Source: the human T2T-CHM13v2.0 reference genome, Homo sapiens. From it: DNA of 64,000 bases. Positions within the stretch are counted from its first letter, which is position 1. Each line of letters begins with the position of its first letter. The stretch lies in NCBI RefSeq assembly GCF_009914755.1, contig NC_060934.1, one strand, 5' to 3'. The position numbers were made by a program, and so were the translations under genes. The notes below the pieces were generated by a model that worked only from the letters and a program-made list of their open reading frames with translations, did no database searches and was not told the DNA's origin. Positions 49,802 through 64,000 of the stretch are shown one piece after another.

Positions 49802-50252
49802 TTTATTCATTTCCTAGGGCTGCCATAACAAATTACCACAAAGTGAGTGGCTTAAAAGAACAAAAATTTATTATTTCACAGTTCTGAAGGCTAGAAGTCC
49901 AAAATAAAAGGTATCAGCAGGGCCTTGTACCCTCTGAAAACTCTAGGAAATTGTTCCTTGTCTCTTCCTAGCTACTGGGCTCCTGGAAATCAATTCTTGG
50001 CATTCCTTGGCTTGTAGCTATATCACTTCAGTATTTGCCTCTGTCTTCGCATGGCCTTCTTCCCTGTGTATATCTTTCTGTGCCCACTCCTTTTATTTTA
50101 AAGACACCAATAATTGGATATAAGGCCTAATCTAATCTAGTGTGACCTCATCTTAACTAATTAATCTGCAAAGACTTTATTTCCAAACAAGGTCACATTC
50201 TAAGGTTCCAGATGGACATGAATTCAGGGGCAACACTATTTAGCTTTCTACA
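49802..50252 (-). mobile_element. MLT1B/C-type solo LTR inserted in the L1MB
   Basis: tttcctagggctgccataacaaattaccacaaa...cagttctgaaggctagaagtcc...tgacctcatcttaact...aaggtcacattct. Confidence 0.85.
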
Positions 50253-51651
50253 TATAGAGATACAACATTTTATTTACCTATTCTTCAGTTAATGGAATTT
50301 CATTCCTGTATTTATTTATGCCCAGATGAGCAGATACATGAGCATTTTCTTATTTCTCCTTCCTTTTTATTTGAAAAGTGGCATACTGTTGATATGTTTG
50401 TTTTTTCCTTTTTTCAGTTTATAATATATTCTGGAAGTTTTTTCATATCACTTCACAGAGCTCTAGCTCATTCTAATCTAAATATTCAGCCATAGAGAAT
50501 TTATTAATATATACATAAGATGGAAATTGATTTAGTATTTTAATTTTTATGAACATGGAATGATGTATACAATATATTGGGGATGTTTTCTTCTATAGGT
50601 TTTTTAATCTGTGTTTTCAAGGTATTATATTCACACAGTATGAAATTCCTCCTTCTAGATGTTACCCATCTAATCAGCCCTTTCCCAGAGTGAACCAATG
50701 CTTCCACTGAATGTCAGCTATACACATTGTTCCACACCTTGCCTTTTTGCTTAATATATCTTAGAGATTGTTCCATTTTTTTATAGCTGTATAATATTTC
50801 ATTTTCTTGTCACATCATACTTTATTTTACTAATCCTCTTTTGGTACACATCTTGGTATTTCTAGTCTTTTGCTACAACAAATATAACAGCACTATTTGC
50901 AATGACCAAAATAATTGGAAACAACCCCAAAGGTCCATAAAGAGTAAACTGAATATATTATATATTTATGTGATAGCATACATAATGAAGAGAGAATGAA
51001 TGGATTACCACTCAACTCAACAATATCAATGAATATAACAAACATAATGTGGAACAAAGTCAGACCCAAAAGAGTGTATACAGAATTCCAAACTAAATAG
51101 GGTAGGAATAGCTCATGTCAGAACAGCCCTTCTTCAGGTAGCAATTATAACTCTTAACAAAATATTACAAAACCAACTACCTGGAGACACTGGAGAAGAA
51201 TGAAAATCAGGCAGAAACTGAAGGAGAGTCTATACTTGGAGGAGGAGAATGGCCTTGAGTACATTTCCTATTTTTATGACTCTTTCTCTAGGGCCAGCCC
51301 AAGTTGGCACCAAGTAGCATGCCTAAAAGTTGGTAGAAAACACGCAGTCTTACTGGCTTGAAGATCCAGAGGAAGAGTTTAGGTAAAAAGTGAGTGAGGA
51401 AATTTCAGAAAGGAGAAAAACCATACAGAGGTAGCCCTAAATTCTACATACAGACCTTATCCAAATCTCTGGATGACCCCTCAATTACGCATATGCAGAG
51501 TGGATTCCTAGCAGCCCAGCTAAGGCTAAAAGAACTTAATAAAGATGTCTCATTGTCCATTGCTGGGGTGCAGAGTTTGGAATTTCATTCTAGCCAAGTT
51601 TACTTGTCTCCTTAAAAAAACAATAATAATCCCCTCCTTAGAAACATTTGA

Positions 51652-51987
<336 letters not shown>

Positions 51988-52055
51988 GGCATTTTTTTCT
52001 TAAAGGACCAGAGAGTAAATATTTTAGGTTCACAGGGTACTCTTTCAGTAATTTA

Positions 52056-52430
<375 letters not shown>

Positions 52431-53276
52431 CCCACAAAAACAGAGAACAGAGCTTCCTTGACCTTTAGGACAACAGCAAAAGGCCTAAAATGTTCATAAT
52501 TGGAGTCTCAAAAGGAAAGGAGCTAGAGAATGAGGCAAGATAAATATTTGATGAATAATGGCTGTAAGGTTTCCCACTTCTGGTGAAAGACATGAACTTA
52601 CAGATTTGGGAAGCCCTGTGAACCACAGGCAGAATAAATACAAAGAAAACCACACCTAAACATTTAATTAGACTACTACTGAAACCAAAAGATGAAGAGA
52701 AGATATTGAAGAGCAAAGTAGCACATTGCATAGAATGGGAAATTATATGAACAACTACAGATTCCTTACAGTGGAGATCAAAAGAAAGTGGAACATCTTT
52801 GAAGTGCTGAAACAAAACTGTCAACCCAGAATTCTATCTCCAGCAATATTTTCCTTCAGTGATGAAGGTGATATTAAAACATTGTTATATAAACATAAGA
52901 GTATATACTATGTGATTCCATTTGTATAAAGTCAATGGAAACAGGCCTCAAGTTACTTTTGATGGGGATTAGTAATTGCAAGGAGGGGAGGGAATTTTTC
53001 ACCATAATGAACCACTCCATAAATTAGTAACATAAAAAACAGCAGTTTTATTTTCTCATGATTCTCCAGTCAAGGCTAGGCTCAGCCGAGTAGTTCTACT
53101 TGTCTTGACAGTGGTCACTTGTTGGCTACATTAAGGTAGTACGTTGGCTGCAGGCTAGACTCATTAGGGATGTTCAGAACTCTCTATTTAGTCTAAAGGC
53201 CAACATTTCCAGAGTCAGACTTCCAATTTGTACTCTTCTCTGTATGTGTCATACCTCAATTAAAAGCCCACTTTCA

Positions 53277-53575
53277 GACTAGGTGCAGTGGCTCACACCT
53301 GTAATCCCAATACTTTGGGTGGCCAAGGTAGAAGAATTGTATGAGGCCAGGGATTGGAGACCAACCTGGGCAACACAGCAAGACCCCATCTCTACCAAAA
53401 AAAAAAAAAAAAATTAGCTGGGCGCAGTGGCACATGCCTGTAGTCCTAGCTACTCAGAAGGCTGAGGCAAGGAGGTTCGTGGAGCCCAGGAGTTCAAGGC
53501 AGCAACAGTCAGCCGTGATCACACCATTACACTCCAGCCTTGGCAACAGAGTGAGACCCTATCTCAAAAAAAAAA
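53277..53575 (+). mobile_element. AluJ
   Basis: TSD-like aaaagcccactttca/aaaagtctactttca. Confidence 0.92.
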
Positions 53576-53639
53576 AGTCTACTTTCAAAGGGCAATAGAT
53601 AATTATTTTTTTAATTACAATCTAACAAAAATAGAATAA

Positions 53640-54580
53640 TCTAATATAAATAGAAACTACAAAATGTTCCAGAAAATGTAAGTATTCCTGTGTGACTAGT
53701 GTAGAATTAATATAAGAAACATTAATAGGTGATAAAGTAAAAAAGATAACTTAGGGTTAGATTACACTGAGATTTGAGTGCTTGGCTACAGAGCTGGGTC
53801 TTATTTGAAGGGAAGTGGGAAACTATTGAAGGGTTTTGAGCAGAGGAATGATATGTTCAAAACAGTGGTTTAGGAATATAATCCCATGCTAGTGTACAAA
53901 TTAGACTAGAGGAGGGAGAGACTATTATCAAACGGATCAATTTGGAAACAATTTAGATAAGCACCAATAGGAATTGAATTAAAATAATAGCAAGCTAATG
54001 AAAAAAAGGGAATAAAATGTATTAATTCTACATCTACACAGATTGAGAGCCTACTATGTTCTATGTACTTGGTAAAGGACTGTATATATTTTTGTCTTTA
54101 TAGTCAAGGAATTCACAACATATGAAATGTAGAAGTATGAAAAAATAACAATTTGTTGTAATAAGAACTATAATAGATGAATATTTAAGGTGTTAAGGAC
54201 ACAAGAAGAGGAAGCAGCCAATAATACAGAGGAGTCTAAGACATGCTTTAGATAAGATTTAACCTTACATGAGTAGTTACAGTTTACCAAACAAAGAAGG
54301 CAAAGAACAACATTCTAGCCAGAAGAAACAGCACATAAAAAGTCACAGGCAAAGAAGAGTAGAGCATGGTGAATTGGGGGACATAGTTCACTATATCTAC
54401 ATGTGCAAGCTAAGCATAGGTACAGAAGCTAGAAAGATAAGGATCACATCACTAAGGGCAAAAGACATGAAAAATTTGGTGACTATATGAGATGAAACAA
54501 GATTTAGTGACTTTATAAGAAGACAAGGATGACCTTAATATTTTGAATTTAAGTGACTAGAAGGATAATGATAAACCCAA
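53640..54580 (-). mobile_element. L2 fragments
   Basis: ttgaagggttttgagcagaggaatga; attgagagcctactatgt; aagtgactagaagga. Confidence 0.6.
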
Positions 54581-55854
54581 TAGTAAGAATTGTATAACTT
54601 ATAGACACTTTTCATCTGAGTGGACATTAAATACCTAGGAGTTCTTTTTATATGTGTGTGAAGAATAGCACTAGATGTGTTTCATCAATGAAATTCTGAA
54701 TATAAAATAATCATCATAGGTTCTTAAAGCCAGTCAACAACCAAGAATTGATACTGACCACTGGCACAGTTTTTTTCAAAAATGACAAACTTTAAAAGAA
54801 AAAAAAATGCCTTGAATGAATGTTTTTCTTAACTCAGAAGAAAAGAAAAATCTTTAACTACATATAGCTTACCTGAAGAAAAAACAGAATTGCAGAATTG
54901 CTGTGAATGTTCTAAAGACCTGGTTCTATATAATCAAGTTAATTCCTCTTTCATGTGTTTTAAAATATTGTTGATCCAAGAACCAACCATCAGCTATGCT
55001 GGAAGTCTATAATTATGCATTGATATATGAGAAGGCTATCATTCTCTACAGACGACTGGTACCATCCTTAGCAGAATACTTGAGGCTGCTTTTGGTTTAG
55101 GGAATCTGTAGCTCAGAGATTTTCCTAGAAAGTAACCTCTGTTGTTCAAATTAGATAGCCATTTGTGGAGACAAAACCCACTGGGTATAGGTAGTATTAC
55201 CTGAATCACTAAAAGATAATTGATTAGAAATCCAAATCAAACCTTGAGACTGCTGAGTCTAGATGAGTGGCTGCCTAGGGATAGAGGGCAGGAAGGGGTG
55301 GGACCTTACAAAGACACATGAAGAAACTTTTAGAATTGATATGTTTGTTGTTTTGATTGTGGTGATGGCTTCATGAGTAATACCTATTCAAACTTTTCCA
55401 GTTGTACACTTAAATAGTGCAGTTTATTGTATGTCAATCATGCTTCGATAAAGATGTTAGCAAAGGAAATGACTTTCATCTTAGAATGGTCAGATAAACT
55501 GTTTTAAGTGCTACACCATTATCCATATAAAGAAGAGATGGCCATTTAAAAATATTTATACAAGACTTGAAGCAATGTAGGTAACCTGAGGTATAATAAA
55601 TTGAGTGTCTTGATATTTAGAGTCCTGATGTAATACACTTTATTAAGATATAGATTTGTAAATTTATGCTAATTCTGGATGATTATTTTTCTTGAGTTGG
55701 TTTCTATGGACTGAATGTTAAAGTGGGTTTTAAGCAGGTTTTATATAATATATCAATACCACATTAGCTTGATTTTTTTTATTGCGAGAGATGCAGAAAG
55801 ATCAATATCTTACATGCTCTATATCACCATAAATACTTTCAATAAAGCTTTTTT

Positions 55855-56140
55855 GGCCTGGTAGGGTGACTCACACCTGTAACCTCAACACTTTGAGAGG
55901 CTAAGGCTGGAGAATCACTTGAGGCCAGGAGTTCAAGACCAGCCTGGGAACATAGTGAGACCCTGCAAAAAAAATATGGAAATTAGCCAGGCATGGTGGC
56001 ACACGCCTGTAGTCTTGGCTACCCAGGAGGCTGAGGCAGGTGATCACATGAGCTGAGGAGCTCGAGGTTACAGTGAGCTATGATCATACCACTTGCAATG
56101 TAGCCTGGGCAATAGAGTGAAACCATGTCTCATTCAATCA
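55855..56140 (+). mobile_element. AluJ
   Basis: Degenerate dimer with gagctatgatcatacc. Confidence 0.9.
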
Positions 56141-56261
56141 AACTTATTTGAACCTTCGTACATTTTTGCTTTTATTAATGAGCTTTTCTTTTAAAATCAG
56201 ACTTTTAATGGCTTTCTGGCAGTGTCATCCTGGTTGTGGTTGAGACTAATATGAGCTCTAG

Positions 56262-56596
<335 letters not shown>

Positions 56597-57029
56597 TGAA
56601 GATTAATTCTATAGGTTGAACCTGGATATGTTAGAAGACATAGGGGACTTTCATAAAGAAGTTCAAATTAGAATATGTGAGATAGGAGAATTTTTTAAAA
56701 GAATTGTTATTTGATACTTAGGGTGTAGTCATATACTCTTAATATTGCTAGAGTGTAAATTGGTAAAAGTTTTCATATCCTTTTATACAGCAATTTCAGC
56801 TCTTGGAATTTAAATAATCAAAAGTCTGGGAGCATCTACATGTGAAGACATTCATGTCACTTTTATGTATAATAGTGTAGCAACTTGAAACTATATATAT
56901 TATGTTACATGAAAAATAAACTAACACAGTGGGTTCATTCACTTTGTGAAACTTCATCACTTATTTGAGGACTTTGAGTATAAACAAATCAGAATATAAA
57001 ATTACCTGCTATTACGAAGTAGCAAGAGA

Positions 57030-57357
<328 letters not shown>

Positions 57358-58071
57358 AGTAGCAAGAGTGAGTATGCCAGTGTGCTGGGGGTAAGATGAT
57401 TTAGATACTCTGTATTTTCCATGTCTTATTTTCATACTTTAAAAAACATATCAGTTGTTTCTAAAAGAACATATTCCTTTTAGTTACAAACATATACATT
57501 CAGCAACCCTAAAGTAGCATAGACTACTACTGGCTGAAGCTCTGGGGTTTTATTAGTACAGTGATGACTTAATTAACAAATCCTCTTTGAACAAAGCCTC
57601 TTCACTCAAGACTGGCCTTGGTGCAGTAGGCATGAGAGAAGGACCAGTTTTCTCTGAGCTAGATCGGTAGCAGCAGGGACTAATGAGGCAGGGCCTTGAA
57701 AGTGGCTCTCTCTCAGATCTAACTCCTCAGGGACTGGCTAAAGCTGAAGCTGAGGGTACTGGTGCACTCCTGGGACCTACACAGCCTGGTTACCCAGGTG
57801 TTGAAAAAACAGTTTCTGTGCCAACACCATATGTGGCTTTTAAGAGACTCGGCAGGACTCTTGCTTTAGGCAGAGCATTCCTTGTGTGGAATGAGTAAGC
57901 TGGAAAATAACAAAGAGGGAATCCCATGTGCTAGGAAGCTTCCTCTTGTCTTCTGTGTGCTCCGTGTACTGCTTTTTCAATTCTCTGGGCCTTATTTTGT
58001 TCAACTATAAAGTAAAAGGAGTAGCTAAAAAATCTCTAATATATCTTTCAGTTCTAATAGACTACATGTTT

Positions 58072-58292
58072 AAATCAGGAATCGGCAAACTTTTTATAAA
58101 GGGTCAAATAGTAATTATTTTCTGCTTTGCAGGGCATACTACCTCCATTGCAAGTGCTCAACTCTCCCTCTGTAGCGTGAAAACAGCTGTATATAAACAA
58201 ATGGGTGTGGCTGTATTCCAATAAAACTCTATTTATAAAAATAGGCAGCTAGCCAGATTTGGCCCACAGGCCATATTTTAACAAGCCCAGGT
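58072..58292 (+). mobile_element. MER58A (hAT-Charlie)
   Basis: tcggcaaactttttataaagggtcaaatagta...aatgggtgtggctgtattccaataaaact...ccagatttggcccacaggcc. Confidence 0.85.
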
Positions 58293-58710
58293 CTAGATGT
58301 TAATGTAATGGGAATGTCATATTAAGAGAATTATTTGATGAATAGGATATAATTCTTATTTCATAGAGACCATTCTCTCAGACTTTTTATTTTTAAAGCG
58401 TAGGCAAATATAAAATATTATTTCACTGTCAGGATGTAATACCATGGGAAAAAGATTAAAAATACTCTGGCACCAAACTGTTGTAGTAAATTATCTGAAA
58501 TAGAGCCTTTGACTTCCCAATTAAGGAAGAAAATGGTGTCTGCAACACCTGTGACTGGGTTATTTTAAGTCTTCAAAAGTTAGGGGCCTAGTAGAAGAGA
58601 GTCTCAAGGGCTTGTTCATTTTCTTTCTCATCAAATGGGCCAAATCATGCTTTTCATAGTAGAAGGTAGGCTGTGGACCCTTTACTATTTTATTTTTAAA
58701 TATTTCTCTT

Positions 58711-58858
58711 GGCTAGGCATAATGGCCCATGCCTAAAATCCCAGGCTGAGGCAGAAGGATCCCTTGAGCCCAGGAGTTTGAGACCACCCTGGGCAACATA
58801 GCAAGACCCCGTCTCTACTAAAAAAAATAACTTTTTAAAAATTAAAAATAAATAAATA
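58711..58858 (+). mobile_element. Alu monomer (FLAM) with an internal deletion
   Basis: ggctaggcataatggc...gagcccaggagtttgagacc...gaccccgtctctactaaaa. Confidence 0.8.
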
Positions 58859-58865
58859 ATTTTTT

Positions 58866-59346
58866 GGTGGTCCAGAAAGGGGCAGCTGCCATGCTTTGCA
58901 GGTTTCAGATCCCCATCTATCTTGGGTTGGGTTTCTATCTTGGTCTTAAGTTATCAGTATTCTAATATGGAGATAAGTCTGCCTTCACTTTGGAGACCTT
59001 TGTTAGTTCTTCCATGTCAGGCTTCAGCTAGTATAGTTTGTCTAATGCATTTATATAAAACTTGTTTCCAACAATGAAAAAGCAATTACAGGTTGGGATA
59101 TGTAATTCAGGCCCATTACTACATAAAAGGATCAGCACAGTGGTACTTTATCTGACTAGGGAAGTCTAAAATATTCTTGTTGGCCAGCTTGCTTTCACAT
59201 AAGCACTGTTCGGGATCTTTTCTAAGTTGCAGAACATGAATTCCTTATTGGCCTATCCCACTAGCCACAGCTGTGAGCACAACAGAACTGACACATACCT
59301 GGTAATTATACCTTATCTAAAGTGAACAGGGCCACCTTCCCAGCAT
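58866..59346 (-). pseudogene. NDUFA8P1: Processed pseudogene of NDUFA8 (complex I accessory subunit); probably the annotated NDUFA8P1
   Basis: Hand translation of the minus strand: MLG/VALFTLDK...VSSVVLTAVA...[56 protein letters not shown]...LDKLY*LKPDMEELTKVSKVKAD...KPNP/IDGDLKPAKHGSC/FWT. Colinear with recalled full-length NDUFA8, intronless, with many stops and frameshifts. Confidence 0.9.
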
Positions 59347-59374
59347 AGTGACAGCTATAGCCCTTAATCTAATG

Positions 59375-60017
<643 letters not shown>

Positions 60018-60302
60018 CTCTAATGTAATACCCTTAGTTGCAATACTCTGATCTCATGGTTACTGATATCATCTTTACCATATTCCCTCTTATAAAATAT
60101 TTACTAAAATTATCCCCAGAGATAACCCTTGTTAACAATTTAGTGATTACTTCTAGACATCTTTCTACTGAGTGCTTGCATTCACACATAATATATATAC
60201 TTTTACATTTATTGGATCATACTGTGGTCTTTCAAAACTTATTCTCCTGAGTTTAATTTTTCTACCTGATCACTCTCTGAATTCTTATAAAATCTTAAGT
60301 TC

Positions 60303-60616
60303 TTTTTTTTTTTTTTTTTTTTTTTTAAGACAGGGTCTCACTCAGTCACTATCACCCAGGCTGGAGTGCAGTAGCATGATCATAGCTCACTGTAGCCTCA
60401 AACTCCTGGGTTCAAAGGATCCTCTTACCTCAGCCTCCTAAGTAGCTAGGACTACAGGTGTGTGCCACCATATCTGGCTAACTTTTTTTATTTTTAGTGG
60501 AGACAGGCATCTCACTATGTTGCTCAGGCTGGTCTCAAATTCCTGGCCTCAAGCAATCCACCCACCTCAGCCTCCTAAAGTGCTGGGATTACAGGCATGA
60601 CTCACCATGCTTAGCC
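60303..60616 (-). mobile_element. AluJ
   Basis: Antisense dimer; TSD-like aaatcttaagttctt/aaatcctaaggtctt. Confidence 0.92.
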
Positions 60617-60859
60617 TAAATCCTAAGGTCTTAAAATTGAAAGGGACAGAGGGGTCATCTTATCTCATTCCCAACTCAAGTCAGAAACCCTCTCTAAAAC
60701 ATTCACAACCTGAGAGGTCCATTTAATTTGGTTTTATAAACCCTAAATTGTTAGAAACTTTTTCCTTCTCTTGGACATAAATTTGCCTTCTTGATCACTT
60801 TTACCCATAGGTTCTAGTTCTACTTTGGGAAACTATATAGAATGCATCTTATCTGTCTT

Positions 60860-61610
60860 CACTGGGCTTCATTGTGGGTATTTTCTTCTGTTCTATCTTC
60901 CAGTTCACTAATTCTTTTTTAAGTTGTGTCTAAGCTTCTATTAAAACTATCCACTAAATTTTTACTTTCAATTTCCATTTAAACCTGTTGTATTCTAGTC
61001 CTCTGTTAAAATTCTCGATTTTATCTTTAACTCTTGCTATTTCAAAGTTTCTGTTTGTTAAGTTCAATATCTGGAACTGCTTTATTAAGCTGTAATTTCT
61101 GCTGGTTTTAATTTCCTGCTTGCCTCTTTGTATTACTGTTTATTTTTTATTGTGGGTGATATGTTGTATTTGCAAAATTGCTTATAGAAATAATTTGAAG
61201 TATAGGATGATTCATGTTTGCTTTTGGCAGGCATGGGGACATTGGCACACTATATTTATCTTCATCTAAGTTTAAAGATTTAGATGATTAGAGGCTAAGC
61301 TACAATCCCTTGTCTAGGTCTTTCTACTGCCTGTTCACACACCCTTAATCCTTTTGATTCCCACCCTGAGATAAGGAGATTTTAACTAGGCCCATTACTC
61401 TTGACAGACTGGGTTCCAGACTTTGTCCTCCTAGCATCAAACACCAGACTCACTTCTCTGGGTTTCTATCATCCTCTGTATTATAGCCTGGTAATTCTTC
61501 ATTCTTTTGTTAGGACTTCAATGCCTTCAAACAGATTTTTTAAAAATATGTCCAGATGTTCTAATTCTTGATAAGACAGTTGGTCTGAATTACCTAGGCT
61601 GCCATTAGTA
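60860..61610 (-). mobile_element. Old L1ME-type ORF1/5' fragment
   Basis: tctatcttccagttcactaattct...ctgtttgttaagttcaatatctgga. Confidence 0.5.
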
Positions 61611-62002
61611 CCTGCAACCTACTTTAATCCGTATTAATATTTTTCTGTCCTTCTGGATTGCTTGGGAAACTGTTAAAGAGCAGGAATAACCCTGACCAGG
61701 CATCTGTACCACATTCAACCAGATGCTCTGTAAGAGCTCCTCTTGAAGGTTTAATCTGATATTAATCAGATAGGAAGTACAGTTCTTATGAACAGATTCA
61801 GTCTTCCCACAGGGATGAGTTCAGTTAAGAGGGGCAATGGATACGGTGTACAGTGGCCCCATTTTCCTTTATGTTTATATTCTAGTCTTGTAATAAAACT
61901 AATGCTCAGAATGAAAGGTCTCAATTTAGGATTTAAACCAAGTATAAACAAAAAGTTAAAACAAGCTATTGTTCAAACTTTGACTTAAGTGAAAGAATTG
62001 GT

Positions 62003-62304
62003 TTTTTTATTTGTTTGTTTATTTTTGAGGCAGGGTCTTGCTCTGCCACCCAGGCTGGAGTTCAGGGATGCAATCATAGATCACTGTAACCTCGAACTCC
62101 TGGGCTGGAGCAGTGCTCCCGCCTCAGGCTCCTGAGTAGCTAGGAGAACAAGTGACACCACACCCAGCTAATTTTTTAATTTTTTTGTAGAGATGGGGCT
62201 TTGTATGTTGCCCAAGCTGGTCTTACCTTCTGGCCTCAAGTGATCCTCTTGCCTTGGCCTCCCAAAAGTGCTGGAATTGCAGACATGAGCCACCATACCC
62301 GGCC
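62003..62304 (-). mobile_element. AluJ
   Basis: Antisense degenerate dimer. Confidence 0.9.
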
Positions 62305-64000
62305 TGGTTTTATTTTAAAAAACACTTTTGCTGCCCTTCTGTAAAATGTTAATTATATGTATGCACATTTTCTTTTATCTGGTGCTTCTCTAAATTCCTT
62401 TAGCCCACGTCTTATCCAACTAGTCATGTGGGAATTTCCTCTTTGGGGAATTAAATATTTAATATTAACTTCTAGGTAGTACAGAGCAGCCCACTGTGTT
62501 TCACTTTTGTATTATTCCTTTGTTAGCACTAAGTTTTCTGTATCAGCTTGTCTAGAATTTTTGTTTCAAAATTGTATTCTTCTAATTTATTTGCAGTTTT
62601 TCTCTTCTAATTGTTTAATTGTCCATCCCCTACCCCCTGCCCCAAGGCAAATGTACTGTCTTTTATCCATATGTGCCCATAAATTCTAAACTCAAAGATT
62701 TCTGGTTCTCCCTTATATTTATGGTATTTTTCTACTTCTCTGTTCAGTATATTTTTGCAAGTGTTTCAGTTTTCTTCAGTGTTTGAGGTTCTCTAGTGTG
62801 TCATTTCATTTTCATGCATCAGAGTAATTCCTACCATTCTTATATGGAGTCTCTTACCTGATGATTTTTTAATTAGTAAAGTGCAATATTGAACAACATT
62901 GAAGATTTTATTTCTTAATCTAAAACATAATATTTATTTAATAATGAAATGGAAATATAGGTTTTGTGAAAGGGAGAAAGGTGTTTCTCTAAATATTATA
63001 CCTGTGTCAAAAAGCTGCAAGTGCTACTACCACTGTTTTGTGACCCCTGAATGATTTCTGCTTTCTTTATATTAATACTTACTCTAATAGTAATTGAACT
63101 CCCAAAAAGATCACAAAGTCCCCAATTGCTAGCTTTATAAATACATTGATGTGTACCTTGTTTGATGAGATAAAAGCTTCAGTAAGTGATATCCCCACCT
63201 GTGTGGTTAATTTCAAAATATTGTTTGTCTAATACATTGTTGTCAGTGACAACTGAACAAGAACTTTTAGAAGCAGTTGGCTGTCCATTAATGGCAGATT
63301 TCAAGGCTATGCAAATTGTGCCAGTTCAGCCCTGCATTTTTTCGATATTATCATATCAATTGAGTCAGTTCAGAGTAGACAAAGCAAGGTTATGGGAACC
63401 ACCTAGAGCATCATGCACCATTTAACATCAATGCAGCATACATGAACATCTGCAACTTCGATCTTATTAACAGAGGATAGAATGGAAGGCAGTAAACAGC
63501 TTTCTTCATCACTTAATTGCAAAATAGTATTTCCTAATGTTTGCATTGTTTATCAACACGAACTTCATCAATAATTGTATAATTATGGTTGCCTAGATCA
63601 CAGTGCCCTCATGCATCTTGTCACTTATTATAGAGTGGTCTGAGTTTAATTTGAATTTGAACACATGATACAAGGATAATAATACAAGTTCCTTGAAATG
63701 TGAGTTGCATAATACAAAAATTTTGTGTAGTAGGAGAATGGCAAGTTATGATTCTTCAGTCACTTTGGGGATTAACACAAGGAAAAACAGGACTGAAAGG
63801 CAGTGAAAGATGAGGGGAAGCCACTAGTTAGATTCAAACATAGACCCATTGGACATGAGAGTAGGTTATGTTCCTTAGAATTAATCATGAGTAATTCGAT
63901 GTTTGCTTTAGGCCCAAATTGAGCTGAATTAAAACAGGATTATTATGCTTAGGTCTTCCCTTCAGTCTCTGTAGTTAAAGAGAGAAAATGGCAGAAAACT

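Noticed and set aside
57560-57660. Possible C/D-box snoRNA (GTGATGA ... CTGA)
   Set aside because: No convincing terminal stem or recognisable rRNA/snRNA guide; both motifs are common by chance.

Overview
Primate (almost certainly human) genomic DNA from inside the adenosine kinase gene ADK, on the + strand. Two coding exons are present: 6756-6791 (36 nt, EAATFAREQGFE) and 17852-17966 (115 nt, [38 protein letters not shown]+G). From memory of the human gene these are exons 8 and 9; the following exon, with the GAGD anion hole, is not in the window. The rest is AT-rich intron. It holds about 30 Alu/FLAM copies, a full-length decayed antisense L1PA7-type LINE-1 (20739-27175, 12-bp TSD), a 5'-inverted L1 of the same type, older L1/L2/MIR/MLT1/hAT fossils, a tailless U2 retrocopy, and an old processed NDUFA8 pseudogene (58866-59346, minus) that the ORF track misses. 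I found no clearly new multi-gene system, and most ORF-track entries are repeat-derived or chance. The best leads, all untested: (1) an intact 72-codon ORF0 with a strong Kozak context and a downstream splice donor in the L1 5'UTR, pointing in the ADK sense direction; (2) a 65-codon in-frame read-through of the 115-nt exon ending 10 nt before an AATAAA, a candidate intronic-polyadenylation isoform; (3) a ~236-nt fold-back hairpin at 45864-46099; (4) an Alu/L1/Alu chimera inside one TSD pair with an 8-nt microhomology junction; (5) a candidate in-frame cryptic exon next to a (UG)24 tract. Repeat subfamily names and borders were judged by eye and are approximate.
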